Source: an uncultured virus (IMG/VR IMGVR_UViG_3300025137_000019) (Duplodnaviria > Heunggongvirae > Uroviricota > Caudoviricetes). From it: a stretch of 54,265 nucleotides of DNA. The position numbers were made by a program, and so were the translations under genes. Positions 39,290 through 48,658 of this stretch are shown piece by piece (the stretch's first letter is position 1; each line of letters begins with the position of its first letter). The stretch lies in the IMG/VR virus record IMGVR_UViG_3300025137_000019; one strand, given 5' to 3'. The notes beneath the pieces were generated by a model. The model searched no databases, was not told where the DNA came from, and saw only the letters and a program-made list of their open reading frames with translations.

Positions 39290-39373
39290 TCTGTGTTCAG
39301 TTAAGCTGTTCCCCCATAAATTCATAAGAAAGGTCTGAGACCTTTACTTAATCCCAGACCTATCTAGGATTAA
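39290..39373 (-). promoter_or_regulatory. Structured leader upstream of polB with alternative hairpins
   Basis: Inverted repeats at 39329-39345, 39348-39373 and 39331-39340 paired with 39352-39361. Confidence 0.5.
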
Positions 39374-39751
39374 TTAAGCTTCTACAGCTTCAGCAGTCTT
39401 CTTCATAAAAGACTTCCAATCAAACTTGCTGCTATTTACTGCAAATAATTTAATTAGATCTTCTATTGCCGCTTCATCTTCAACATAAAATTCTTGGAAT
39501 ACTTCCATCTTATGTCTTTCTTGTCTCTGTCCTTTATTACCTGTCAATGGTTGTCCATAATCATCTAACTTAGGTAACATGTGTAATGTTAACTTTTTAG
39601 TTGTTGAGATAATCACAAACACTTTTGAGTCTGGATCAAGGATACATTCCACATATGGGCAATCATTGCTTACGGGAATCATTCTAAAAGTTTGCTTGTC
39701 TTGCCATGTAGACTGTACAAGCATCATTGTGTTTTTTGAATCTTCATTCAT
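39374..39751 (-). CDS. Hypothetical protein (125 aa)
   Basis: ORF tightly packed in the minus-strand operon, overlapping the upstream stop. Confidence 0.65.
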   Translation of the reverse strand: MNEDSKNTMMLVQSTWQDKQTFRMIPVSNDCPYVECILDPDSKVFVIISTTKKLTLHMLPKLDDYGQPLTGNKGQRQERHKMEVFQEFYVEDEAAIEDLIKLFAVNSSKFDWKSFMKKTAEAVEA

Positions 39752-40337
39752 GCTGTTGATTTTTAATTTGTTTTACTATTGATTTTGCTATATTATCTAA
39801 ATCAGCTAACTCCATTTTTAAATTTTCTTTGTCTAAATCAGGCTTGCTACATAACTCACCTACATCTTTAAGAAAATCCACCTCTACATCTAAAATTATA
39901 GAATAATCTTCAAAGTGCTTTTCTGGACTTAGATAACTTTGCATGTAAGCATAGTTACCACTGTGTTTATCAAAAAACTTTAAAATTCTATTTTTTAAAC
40001 TTGAGGTAAATTTACTATATTTTCCATTAATAAAATAGTTCCAATCTTCATTTAAGTCAGAAAAGTCAAAAATAAAAATACCTACATCATTATTATTGCA
40101 GTAATCATATAATCTTGTATGTTTTGTCAGTATGTTTTTTTCAAATGTTTTATACTCAGCATCAGTTCTTATTTTGTATACACATATTAATTTCATATCC
40201 TCAGAAGAATAGTGTCCATCCCAACTAAAATAAGTTTCAATTGGGACAACACTGTTACCTCTTTTTATTCCAAGGAGCGGATATAAAAACACCTTGGATT
40301 TTTGGAAATACCTATCATATAAAGATTTTATTTTCAT
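39744..40337 (-). CDS. Hypothetical protein (197 aa)
   Basis: ORF packed 3 nt after the exonuclease gene. Confidence 0.65.
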   Translation of the reverse strand: MKIKSLYDRYFQKSKVFLYPLLGIKRGNSVVPIETYFSWDGHYSSEDMKLICVYKIRTDAEYKTFEKNILTKHTRLYDYCNNNDVGIFIFDFSDLNEDWNYFINGKYSKFTSSLKNRILKFFDKHSGNYAYMQSYLSPEKHFEDYSIILDVEVDFLKDVGELCSKPDLDKENLKMELADLDNIAKSIVKQIKNQQHE

Positions 40338-40340
40338 ACA

Positions 40341-41384
40341 CTATAATTTTACATTTCCTAAAGCTAATTCATATGGTAAGTTATAATCTTTTTCTTTGTA
40401 ATGATAATCTAATTGTGGTATAATTTCATCTCTAAAGTCTCTAAGCCAATTAGCCATAGTACTAGGAGTAACTTGAAAAGGATATACCTGATTATATTTG
40501 TCTACTACAACAAATGTAAACTGTATTCCCCAGTCATTTTTATCTTCTCTACCATGAATATACTTATAGAACGCTAAATTATAATAAATAGCTGCTTGAA
40601 TCCAATACTTATAATATTCTACTGAATCTGTAAATTCTACTAAAGGCTTCCCTGTTGTTTTTAAATCATTAATAAATACTTGCTTTGCTTCTTTATCAAC
40701 CACAACATTATCTAATATTCCTTTAAAGCCAAAAGGCTGTGTTTCATAAAAGATTGTGCTATCTATTTGAATAAGTTGCTCATTGTGAACTTCTAAATGA
40801 TCTTCTTCTTCTGTAATATCAAGTTGTAATAGACTTCTAACATCTTTATTTTGCTTAAGAGTGTCTACACATTCTTTGCAATAATTAAGTGTCTCGTAAT
40901 CTACTAAGGTTTTACCTTGACTATTTTTAAGGAATTCAAAATAACTGTTGTTATCTTCTGTAAGTACTTTCTTAAGTCTTGACTCGTCTGTTTTTAAGCT
41001 CTGGTGTAAGTTAATCTTTACTAAAAGGTCAAGTATACTTGCCTCATAGTTTTCCAAAGTTAATGAATTATCTTCAGATTCCAAATGAATTTTAAAAATA
41101 TCATCAACTATTACTTTATTATTACCGCTTGGTAATTTTCCAGGAATGATTATAAACTCATTGTTAAACTCATCCTCATTTAAAAGGAGACAGTGTATGA
41201 CTCTACCTTTTACAAGGTGAGAGCCAACACTATCTTCTTTCTGGTTGAGCACGTAGTGCTTATAAAACATTCTTGGAGAGAATAATAGTTTATTTATTCC
41301 ACTATAGCTAAAATAAAATCTTTTACTATAGAAATTTTTTAATTCATCAGAACCAGTCAAATCCACTGTCTTCTGTTTCTCCAT
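40341..41384 (-). CDS. PD-(D/E)XK exonuclease (RecE/exonuclease VIII/RecB-like)
   Basis: FSYSGI, GRVIHCLLL, FKGILDNV, INDLKTT and YWIQAAIY motifs. Confidence 0.8.
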   Translation of the reverse strand: MEKQKTVDLTGSDELKNFYSKRFYFSYSGINKLLFSPRMFYKHYVLNQKEDSVGSHLVKGRVIHCLLLNEDEFNNEFIIIPGKLPSGNNKVIVDDIFKIHLESEDNSLTLENYEASILDLLVKINLHQSLKTDESRLKKVLTEDNNSYFEFLKNSQGKTLVDYETLNYCKECVDTLKQNKDVRSLLQLDITEEEDHLEVHNEQLIQIDSTIFYETQPFGFKGILDNVVVDKEAKQVFINDLKTTGKPLVEFTDSVEYYKYWIQAAIYYNLAFYKYIHGREDKNDWGIQFTFVVVDKYNQVYPFQVTPSTMANWLRDFRDEIIPQLDYHYKEKDYNLPYELALGNVKL

Positions 41385-42750
41385 ATGTTACTTTTTTTAT
41401 AATTTGTGATTTGCCTGCAGGAACAACTTTTGTTTCTACATCTTCGTCCTGGACCAGGGAGGCCGTGGTCTTTAAAACTTCTTTTTCTTTTAATTCATCT
41501 ACAGTATCTTCAGTATCTACATTTTCCTCAGTTAACTCTACTGTATCTTCATTAGACGTTTTCACTTCTCTTAAGGGGACCCCTGTGGGATGATCATCAT
41601 CTGACCATTTTAAGTTATGCTCTTCACTTTTACTTTCACTAAGCTCAACTGATTTAACCTTAATAAAATCACTATTACCATTCTGATCATAAAAATATTC
41701 CTTAAACTCTGATACTACTTTAGCTATATTTTCAGAATCAAGGGCATTATGATCACTTAATACATTAAAAATAGTATCTACATGAGCATAGTAACTACCT
41801 ACTCCCATGTAATTTTTCAAAGATTTAAAGTTTACATGGTTTTTACTTTTACAACTATACATTTGATCATCCCAGTGATAGTGAAATAAAAAACATAAGT
41901 ATAACATACTTTCTTTATAATTACAATTAGCCATAATTTCCATAGCCATCACATGATTATCAGAATCAGAACTATTTAACATGTTTCTTAAGTTTTCATA
42001 AGTTGTTTCATCTATAGTTGTACAATCATCTCCATTAATAACTTCAAGTAACGCGTTTTGCTCAACTATAGTTTTACCTGCTGTTTCTTCTAAAAACTTT
42101 AAATTTCTGTCACTAATTGTCCAATAATAATTAGAACTATTTCTGATACCTTGAAGATACCCTTTATCTACATTTGCATCTACTTCTTCATATGCTTTTA
42201 TAATATCCTCTGGCATATTTTGACCACGGACATGTAGGTATCTTTGTGTTGAATGATTAGTAAGAAAGTATTTAACGTTATCATCTTCAAGATAAGGTTC
42301 TATTATTTGCATAATTGCATCATAATAATAACCATCTAACACAGCTTCTTTTTTTGCATAGTCTAAAAATGCTTTTAACCTAAATTTACAGCATTTATAA
42401 AACCAACTACTTGATACAAGCTTATCACTTGCGTGAGAACTTCCTACAATAACTGTAGCATTTTCTATATCTGTAGTTGTTCGTATTTTATATTTTACAG
42501 CTAAATCTTTTAGCTTAACTCTTGGTACAGTAACACCTGACATAAAATAAATTTTATCTTTCATCTGTGGTGTATACTTCTGAGACTGTAGATCTACTAG
42601 ATTATGAGTATTAAACCCATTATCAGATCTATCAATTATATTTTTTATTTCATTTTCGCTATTATATACATATTCTAAAGAATATTTTTTATACTCATCT
42701 CTTTCCATACTAATATCAAGAGTGATGTATGGTATCTTAGTTATATTCAT
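41347..42750 (-). CDS. Hypothetical protein (467 aa) with BRCT-like segment and HEAT-like helix-pair motif
   Basis: IYFMSGVTVPRVKLKDLAVKYKIRTTTDIENATVIVG; NLRNMLNSSDSDNHVMAMEIM; acidic tail. Confidence 0.5.
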   Translation of the reverse strand: MNITKIPYITLDISMERDEYKKYSLEYVYNSENEIKNIIDRSDNGFNTHNLVDLQSQKYTPQMKDKIYFMSGVTVPRVKLKDLAVKYKIRTTTDIENATVIVGSSHASDKLVSSSWFYKCCKFRLKAFLDYAKKEAVLDGYYYDAIMQIIEPYLEDDNVKYFLTNHSTQRYLHVRGQNMPEDIIKAYEEVDANVDKGYLQGIRNSSNYYWTISDRNLKFLEETAGKTIVEQNALLEVINGDDCTTIDETTYENLRNMLNSSDSDNHVMAMEIMANCNYKESMLYLCFLFHYHWDDQMYSCKSKNHVNFKSLKNYMGVGSYYAHVDTIFNVLSDHNALDSENIAKVVSEFKEYFYDQNGNSDFIKVKSVELSESKSEEHNLKWSDDDHPTGVPLREVKTSNEDTVELTEENVDTEDTVDELKEKEVLKTTASLVQDEDVETKVVPAGKSQIIKKVTYGETEDSGFDWF

Positions 42751-42764
42751 AATTTTTTTAATAT

Positions 42765-42789
42765 AAAAAAGGGAGCATTACACTCCCTT
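42765..42789 (-). terminator. Intrinsic terminator-like hairpin
   Basis: Minus strand AAGGGAG-TGTAATG-CTCCCTT-TTTT. Confidence 0.7.
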
Positions 42790-42847
42790 ATTTGTGAATT
42801 TAATTAAACCTATTGTTTATTAAAAGTGGTAACCTTCTATGTTAGTT

Positions 42848-44020
42848 TTATTTAACAGTCATCTTTACCACGTCTTGATTTAACATCAACTTACTAAACT
42901 TAGGTTTATTACCATTGATTATCTCTTTAACCATATAGTATTTTAAATCATTAGTAAATGATTCACACTCAGTTGATAATGCTATAATTCTATCAATCAT
43001 CTTTTGAGGAATAGAACCTTTACTAGCTTTAACTAAAGCATAATTTACAATTCTAGTACTAATAATACTAGAGATATCTGCTCTAAAATCATCATCTGCA
43101 CCTATAGATGAACTTAAAGAACCTTTAACATAGTCCCAATTCTCATTTTCAAGAATTTGTTGAGGACTTACAATCTTATCTAACTTGTTATTAATAAACA
43201 TGTTAAATAATGCTGCAGGCTCTGAACCAATAGAACCATCACCAATCATCTGAACAAGAGGTAGATTATCTTCAAACTTTGGAATAGAACTAATTGCATT
43301 AAAGAACGTAGTCATACTTCTAGGATTAACACTTTTAGTAACAACTTCAGGATTCATCAACAAAAAGTTAATACACCTACCGTCTATACCAACTGTTTCT
43401 GCCCAACGTGCCCATACATCTACATCAAACTTAACCTCAGTAGTTATAAATCTAGTTCTCTGAGCATCATCAAGAGATGTTACATTATAATCACCGTCAT
43501 CTGGATTAGTAGTCAAGATAACATGCCAGTTTTCAGGAAGAGACCAAGAAATATATTCTTGTCTATCAATTAACTCCATAGTTGCTTGCATAAACCTGTG
43601 ATCAGCACGAGTATAATCATCAAGAACTAAAAATCCACCTGGAGTTCTACCCTGAATCCATTCAGGTGCAGCATGAGACATTCTTTTATCTACAACTTTG
43701 TAGCCTTTCTTCATAGCAGCATCCATTTGGCTTTCATTAATCCAAGTGCTTTTACCTTCTTTATTCTGAATCTTAAACTCTTTAACAGGAAAACCAACAA
43801 GGTCACCTAATTCTTCTATCTGAGATAGATTAATCTTTACAACATCCATATCCATTTCTTTACCAAGCTGGACAATAGCGGAAGTCTTACCAAGGCCCGC
43901 ATCACCTTCAATATTTACAGCAACAGGTATCTTACCTTCATTTTGAATATGCTGATTATTCTTTACCATGTGCTTTAAAAAGCCTTTTAACTCGTCTACA
44001 TTTAATTTTGTGTGCTCCAT
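42848..44020 (-). CDS. MoxR-like AAA+ ATPase
   Basis: Walker A GDAGLGKT, Walker B FLVLDD, sensor-1 LTTNP, RF arginine finger, NPRS sensor-2; adjacent to a vWA gene. Confidence 0.85.
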   Translation of the reverse strand: MEHTKLNVDELKGFLKHMVKNNQHIQNEGKIPVAVNIEGDAGLGKTSAIVQLGKEMDMDVVKINLSQIEELGDLVGFPVKEFKIQNKEGKSTWINESQMDAAMKKGYKVVDKRMSHAAPEWIQGRTPGGFLVLDDYTRADHRFMQATMELIDRQEYISWSLPENWHVILTTNPDDGDYNVTSLDDAQRTRFITTEVKFDVDVWARWAETVGIDGRCINFLLMNPEVVTKSVNPRSMTTFFNAISSIPKFEDNLPLVQMIGDGSIGSEPAALFNMFINNKLDKIVSPQQILENENWDYVKGSLSSSIGADDDFRADISSIISTRIVNYALVKASKGSIPQKMIDRIIALSTECESFTNDLKYYMVKEIINGNKPKFSKLMLNQDVVKMTVK

Positions 44021-44032
44021 CTCTTTTTTTTA

Positions 44033-45265
44033 TTAAATTTCTAATCTTATTTGTTTACCAGGTAGACTATCATTAAAGTCTGATCTCTCCGATAATACCC
44101 ACAAAACTGCTTTTTTGGGCTTTATATCTGTATATGCTTCACCATCTGTAAAATAAACTAAACTTGTATACTTTTTATTAGCATTATAATACTCAAGTAC
44201 AGGATCAAATTCAGTACCTCCTCTACCTGTTACACTATACTCTTTCTCTCCTTTATATGGTTCAATAGATTTAATAGTTGTATCACATTGAATTATAGTA
44301 ATGTCAACACCACACTTATATAAGTGATGCATTTCATTCATAAATTCTTTTAATTCACTATCACTTACTGAACCTGAAGTATCAATAGCTAGTAACATGC
44401 TTTGCCTCATCTTTACTTTTAGGCCAGGATTTTCAGAGTATCTCTTATTCTCCTTTCTTCTAATTTTTCTAGTAAATATCTTTGTAGATATTCCAGTAAA
44501 TCTTCTAATATATGCTTTCCAATTAAATTTAGGTGGTATTATTTCATCTAGAACTAGAACGTTTTCTATCTCACCAGGAACATACCCTCTTTTTTTAATT
44601 GTCTGTTCCTTAGCTTCATTAAGAACTCTTTGAAGTTGTTTTTCAATAAGTTTTTTCTCAGCATCAGGCATGTCTTCAAACTCTTCCCACTCATGATCAG
44701 GAATATCAACTTCCTTATCTCCATCTCTACCACTAGCTTTTCCAATTGTAACTTTACATTGAGATTGCTCCATACCATCAAGCAGCTTGTCCATATTATC
44801 ATCTCCACAACTACCATTCTGCTTCTTATTCTTTTGAGCTTTTAATAGAGCATCATAATAATATCTGGAACCAGCTTTCCTGTCTAGATTAAGATCAGCA
44901 TAATCATTTATATCTATACCACCTTCAGGTAACGAGTGTCCATCTATATACTGATTGATCTCCATGTCCATAGCAATATTGGCCAACTTTTTATCTGAAA
45001 ACATTGAAAAGGTTGTTAAGTGATTAAAAGCTATATGTAATAGCTCATGCTTTAACAGACCTAGTCTATGATCTGAACTTAACTTTTCCCAAAACTCTTC
45101 ATTAATTATTAGCTGAAAATTGATACCATTTTTACATACTGCAGCAGTAGGTATTTTAGTCTTTGTCCATAGTTTATTTAACATTAATAGTAAAAAACCA
45201 TAGTATGGTTCTTTTAACATTAAATCTTTAGACGCTTTACTTAACGTTTCTTTTTTATTTGTCAT
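44033..45265 (-). CDS. Metallopeptidase-like + vWA domain protein (DUF2201-like)
   Basis: HELLH zinc motif; MIDAS-like IDTSGS, GRGGT and FTDG. Confidence 0.85.
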   Translation of the reverse strand: MTNKKETLSKASKDLMLKEPYYGFLLLMLNKLWTKTKIPTAAVCKNGINFQLIINEEFWEKLSSDHRLGLLKHELLHIAFNHLTTFSMFSDKKLANIAMDMEINQYIDGHSLPEGGIDINDYADLNLDRKAGSRYYYDALLKAQKNKKQNGSCGDDNMDKLLDGMEQSQCKVTIGKASGRDGDKEVDIPDHEWEEFEDMPDAEKKLIEKQLQRVLNEAKEQTIKKRGYVPGEIENVLVLDEIIPPKFNWKAYIRRFTGISTKIFTRKIRRKENKRYSENPGLKVKMRQSMLLAIDTSGSVSDSELKEFMNEMHHLYKCGVDITIIQCDTTIKSIEPYKGEKEYSVTGRGGTEFDPVLEYYNANKKYTSLVYFTDGEAYTDIKPKKAVLWVLSERSDFNDSLPGKQIRLEI

Positions 45266-45654
45266 TCTTTTAATTTTATATTTAATATAAACTTATCCAT
45301 AGGGTAACCCATATCTTTTAAAAAATCTTTAATATCACTCATAAAAAATTCTAAAAATAACTCTATAGATTCTTTACTAGCTTTATTATCAGTCATTGCC
45401 ATTAATGTTTGAGATCCTGATTTATAATCTCCCATTATTGGTGACAACTTTTTAAATACTAATGGACAATTGTTACTCCATGCATCAGGATGTGCTTTTC
45501 CATATTTATATAATAATATTAATTCGCCCATACTAGATTTAATATCAACACCTTGCAATCCTGTTAATGCCATTGTGTGGTTCTCTTTATCTGAAGATAC
45601 CAGCATCTTATGTAAATTTTTTACCTCTTCTTTACTAAATTTTAATTTTTCCAT
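45262..45654 (-). CDS. Hypothetical protein (130 aa) with HEAT-like helix-pair motif
   Basis: NLHKMLVSSDKENHTMALTGL; ATGA overlap with the vWA gene. Confidence 0.65.
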   Translation of the reverse strand: MEKLKFSKEEVKNLHKMLVSSDKENHTMALTGLQGVDIKSSMGELILLYKYGKAHPDAWSNNCPLVFKKLSPIMGDYKSGSQTLMAMTDNKASKESIELFLEFFMSDIKDFLKDMGYPMDKFILNIKLKE

Positions 45655-45735
45655 TAATTTTTTATTTTTTATAAATCTAACTCACGTCAAAACCAGCCAA
45701 CTTTAAAAGAAGGCTTTGTCTTTTTTCTTTTATAC

Positions 45736-46197
45736 TTATTTTTGTTTGTAAAATCTACCTAAGATATTAGCATTTAGGTATTCATCTTTTTCTAGAACTT
45801 CATGTTGAAACTGATATTTAGTTTCTTGATATGTTAGTTCTGTTTTAGAATAGCATATTTTTAATATAATTCTATGTATAACTATTCCTTTTTTATGTGC
45901 ACTTTTTAAAACAGCGTTACTACTAAAATAATTTTCATAGTCCAGTTTAGTAACTATTTCATATTTTTTAGTTCTTTTATCCGTTATAGCTGCTAATGCT
46001 TTTTTGCCAAACTTTTTCTTTCTTTTAGAATAAAAGTTTTTCTTTCCAATATACTTTACATGTTTACCATCTATAACTGCCTGCATTTCATATATAAAAC
46101 CAACTGCACCATTAGGTATCATTTTGTCATTAAACTCTTTACCATTACAAAGCCATGAAGTTTTTATTGCATTTTTAATTCTAGTTTTTAAGTGCAT
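45736..46197 (-). CDS. GIY-YIG-like nuclease
   Basis: GFIY...KYIGKK, later E (YQE) and YLN motifs. Start codon uncertain. Confidence 0.65.
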   Translation of the reverse strand: MHLKTRIKNAIKTSWLCNGKEFNDKMIPNGAVGFIYEMQAVIDGKHVKYIGKKNFYSKRKKKFGKKALAAITDKRTKKYEIVTKLDYENYFSSNAVLKSAHKKGIVIHRIILKICYSKTELTYQETKYQFQHEVLEKDEYLNANILGRFYKQK

Positions 46198-47170
46198 CTT
46201 TTAAGGTTTCAAATAATAAACTTCTAACTTTAGCTATACCATGTTCTTTAACAGAATCTGATAAGTCTTTTTCTAAAGGTAGTGATATATATTTTAATCC
46301 ATATTTTTTCTTATATTTTTCAGCTGCTTCCTTACCTGGATCATCAAAATCAAATAAAACTATTACTGTTTCATACTTATCTTTTAGTTCTTTCATTTTT
46401 ATATCATTAATCATAGTATTCTCACTATCAGGAGCAATTGCTTCAATATTTTGAATACTTAATTGATTGAACACCATAAGATCTTTTAATGAAGAAGTAA
46501 TAATTAAATATTTACTTTTATAATTTAATTGATCTGATCCTTGAATATAATTTTTAACCTTAATAAACTTTTTTACAGCAACTTTAGGTTGATAAATTTT
46601 ATACAAATCACCATTTTCTCTAAAATATCCATATAAGTAAGGTTTGGAAAATTTTATCTCTTTTAGACTACCATCTAGATTTTCCTTAGACATTGTAAAG
46701 TGTGATAATGGATGCACTTCATAATTTGATAGAATATTAGAATTAATTTTATAATCAGTCCAGTACCCTTCATCAAAATTATTCCAGTGTCTTATTTCAT
46801 AGTCAGTAACTTTAAATTTATCATGATGCTGAAACTTAATATCAATACTTGTTTTATTATTTAAAATAAACTCTTGATAATCACTTATTATTTTACTAAT
46901 AGCCTGACCCCTAGTGTTTAAATTAAACAGCTTTTGAACCAGTTCAATACAATCTCCTTGATTACCAGAAGAAAAATCTTTGAACTTATAGCTATTTGAA
47001 CTTACATCATAGTATATAAACATTGATGGTACTTTATCTTTTAAATTAAATACTGATAACATTTTAATGTCTTGACCAGTAAGTTTTTCTTCTAGATTTA
47101 AGTAATATTCAAATATCCATTCTTTTTTTACATCTTTTATATTAGAAATTAAATTTTTTGTTGATATCAT
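46181..47170 (-). CDS. DnaG-like (TOPRIM) DNA primase
   Basis: N-terminal PSMFIY...FKDFSSGNQGD resembling a Cys-less primase N-domain; LIITSSLKD, LFDFDDPG and KDLSD TOPRIM motifs. Confidence 0.75.
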   Translation of the reverse strand: MISTKNLISNIKDVKKEWIFEYYLNLEEKLTGQDIKMLSVFNLKDKVPSMFIYYDVSSNSYKFKDFSSGNQGDCIELVQKLFNLNTRGQAISKIISDYQEFILNNKTSIDIKFQHHDKFKVTDYEIRHWNNFDEGYWTDYKINSNILSNYEVHPLSHFTMSKENLDGSLKEIKFSKPYLYGYFRENGDLYKIYQPKVAVKKFIKVKNYIQGSDQLNYKSKYLIITSSLKDLMVFNQLSIQNIEAIAPDSENTMINDIKMKELKDKYETVIVLFDFDDPGKEAAEKYKKKYGLKYISLPLEKDLSDSVKEHGIAKVRSLLFETLKDALKN

Positions 47171-47186
47171 ATAACTAAGTTTAAAT

Positions 47187-47219
47187 AAAAAGGGAGAAAC
47201 ATAACATTCCTCCCTTTTC
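47187..47219 (-). terminator. Intrinsic terminator-like hairpin
   Basis: Minus strand AAAAGGGAGGAA-TGTTATG-TTTCTCCCTTTTT. Confidence 0.7.
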
Positions 47220-47233
47220 TTTATTTGTTAAAC

Positions 47234-47917
47234 TTAGTCTAACTTAAAATCATCATTTTTACTTGATGAAAGAGAGAGATCCTCATCTCCAAATTTTGAT
47301 ACATTATTAACTTCAAGTTTTCTTAAATGAACTTTCTCATCATAAAATAAAACTTTACCACTTTCAACTTCACCATATGCATACTTTCCTTTAGATGCTT
47401 TTGGTAAATGTAAATCATAATTAACATACCCAGATTTACTCATATACTCCTTACCTGCAACACAAAATTCAAGAAACTTATCTTTATAAGGTGCAGTCTC
47501 TATAAATGCATTTACAAAATCTTCAATTGTATCATGAGCATTATCTTGCTCAACAAACCAATCATTAACACCTAAAGATTTTGATAGGTTTTGTAAAAAT
47601 ATTAAAATAGATCTATCTCTTTCTATTTTAATACCACTTTTTGTTTGCCCATTGGCAAATGCATACTGACCTGCTTTTAATCTACCAATTTGACCATCAT
47701 ATTTACCTAGACTTTCATCATTTTTATCTCTAAAGAAACCTTCAAATCCATCAATAGGTTTTGTTTCTACATTCATTACTATATGATATGCACCAGGAAT
47801 AAAGGAATATTCTTCAAGTTTAATATCATTAATTTTTAATGTATGATTGCCAGGAGCAATTGTTTTAGGTAGCCCTGTGCTACCACCGTTTCCTAAGTCA
47901 GTTGTACTTAATCCCAT
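47234..47917 (-). CDS. Putative single-stranded DNA-binding protein
   Basis: Position between AAA_24 ATPase and primase; beta-rich PGNHTLKINDIKL start; acidic/aromatic C-terminus DDFKLD. Inferred from context. Confidence 0.45.
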   Translation of the reverse strand: MGLSTTDLGNGGSTGLPKTIAPGNHTLKINDIKLEEYSFIPGAYHIVMNVETKPIDGFEGFFRDKNDESLGKYDGQIGRLKAGQYAFANGQTKSGIKIERDRSILIFLQNLSKSLGVNDWFVEQDNAHDTIEDFVNAFIETAPYKDKFLEFCVAGKEYMSKSGYVNYDLHLPKASKGKYAYGEVESGKVLFYDEKVHLRKLEVNNVSKFGDEDLSLSSSKNDDFKLD

Positions 47918-47932
47918 TTGTTTTTGTTTTTA

Positions 47933-48658
47933 TTATTTGTTTAAAAAAATTTTATCCCAGTTATTTTCTAGGACATTCTCATTCATTTCAGTCAGAACAA
48001 TTTCTTGATCTCTTAAGTGTTTTGGTCTAGCACCACAAGTTACATCATCTGTATTTTTAAATGATAACATTGCTTTACTACCTTTTCTATACATATATCC
48101 AATTGCATCTGCATTTGCACAGATTAAAGATTTCATTTTACCAGTAAGGTCAATATTAGCTGCCATAACCATTTCTCCATCATCATCAACTACCTTGTCT
48201 TTAATGTGACCTGATAAAATAATTGTGGGTGCTAATGTATCAATAAAATCTAAAACTTGAAAAAATGCCTGACGAATATATAAATATCCTGCACCATTTG
48301 CAAGAGTTGCTAGATTATCTCCCTGATAATTTTTACCCATAGGAGTAGACTTGTAAGTTTTTATTGCTAAAGGCATTATCATACTTTCAAGTGCTGTTAC
48401 TGTATCTATGGTTACATAGTCATAAGGTTTTCCAGCTTCTTTAATAGCTTTACCTGCATCTAATAATGCTTTAAGATCAGGAATATTAACTTTTAAAGCA
48501 TCTACATATCCACTACCATTTTCTAAGTCTAATATTAAATTATTATCTAACATAGAAAACGCAGTTGTTTTACCTGCTTTTGGCTTACTATATATAATCA
48601 ACCTCTTAGGGTTAACTTGTTCAGCTTTTACTTTTTTTGTTGGAAGTACTATACTCAT
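47933..48658 (-). CDS. AAA_24 / Sak4-like P-loop ATPase
   Basis: IYSKPKAGKTT, LDLENG, VTIDTVT, ILSGH and ADAIGY motifs. Confidence 0.8.
   Translation of the reverse strand: MSIVLPTKKVKAEQVNPKRLIIYSKPKAGKTTAFSMLDNNLILDLENGSGYVDALKVNIPDLKALLDAGKAIKEAGKPYDYVTIDTVTALESMIMPLAIKTYKSTPMGKNYQGDNLATLANGAGYLYIRQAFFQVLDFIDTLAPTIILSGHIKDKVVDDDGEMVMAANIDLTGKMKSLICANADAIGYMYRKGSKAMLSFKNTDDVTCGARPKHLRDQEIVLTEMNENVLENNWDKIFLNK

Noticed and set aside
41414..41584. GC-rich short palindromes (CCTGCAGG, CCTGGACCAGG, AGGGGACCCCT)
   Set aside because: Inside coding sequence, with 0-1 nt loops and no shared consensus.
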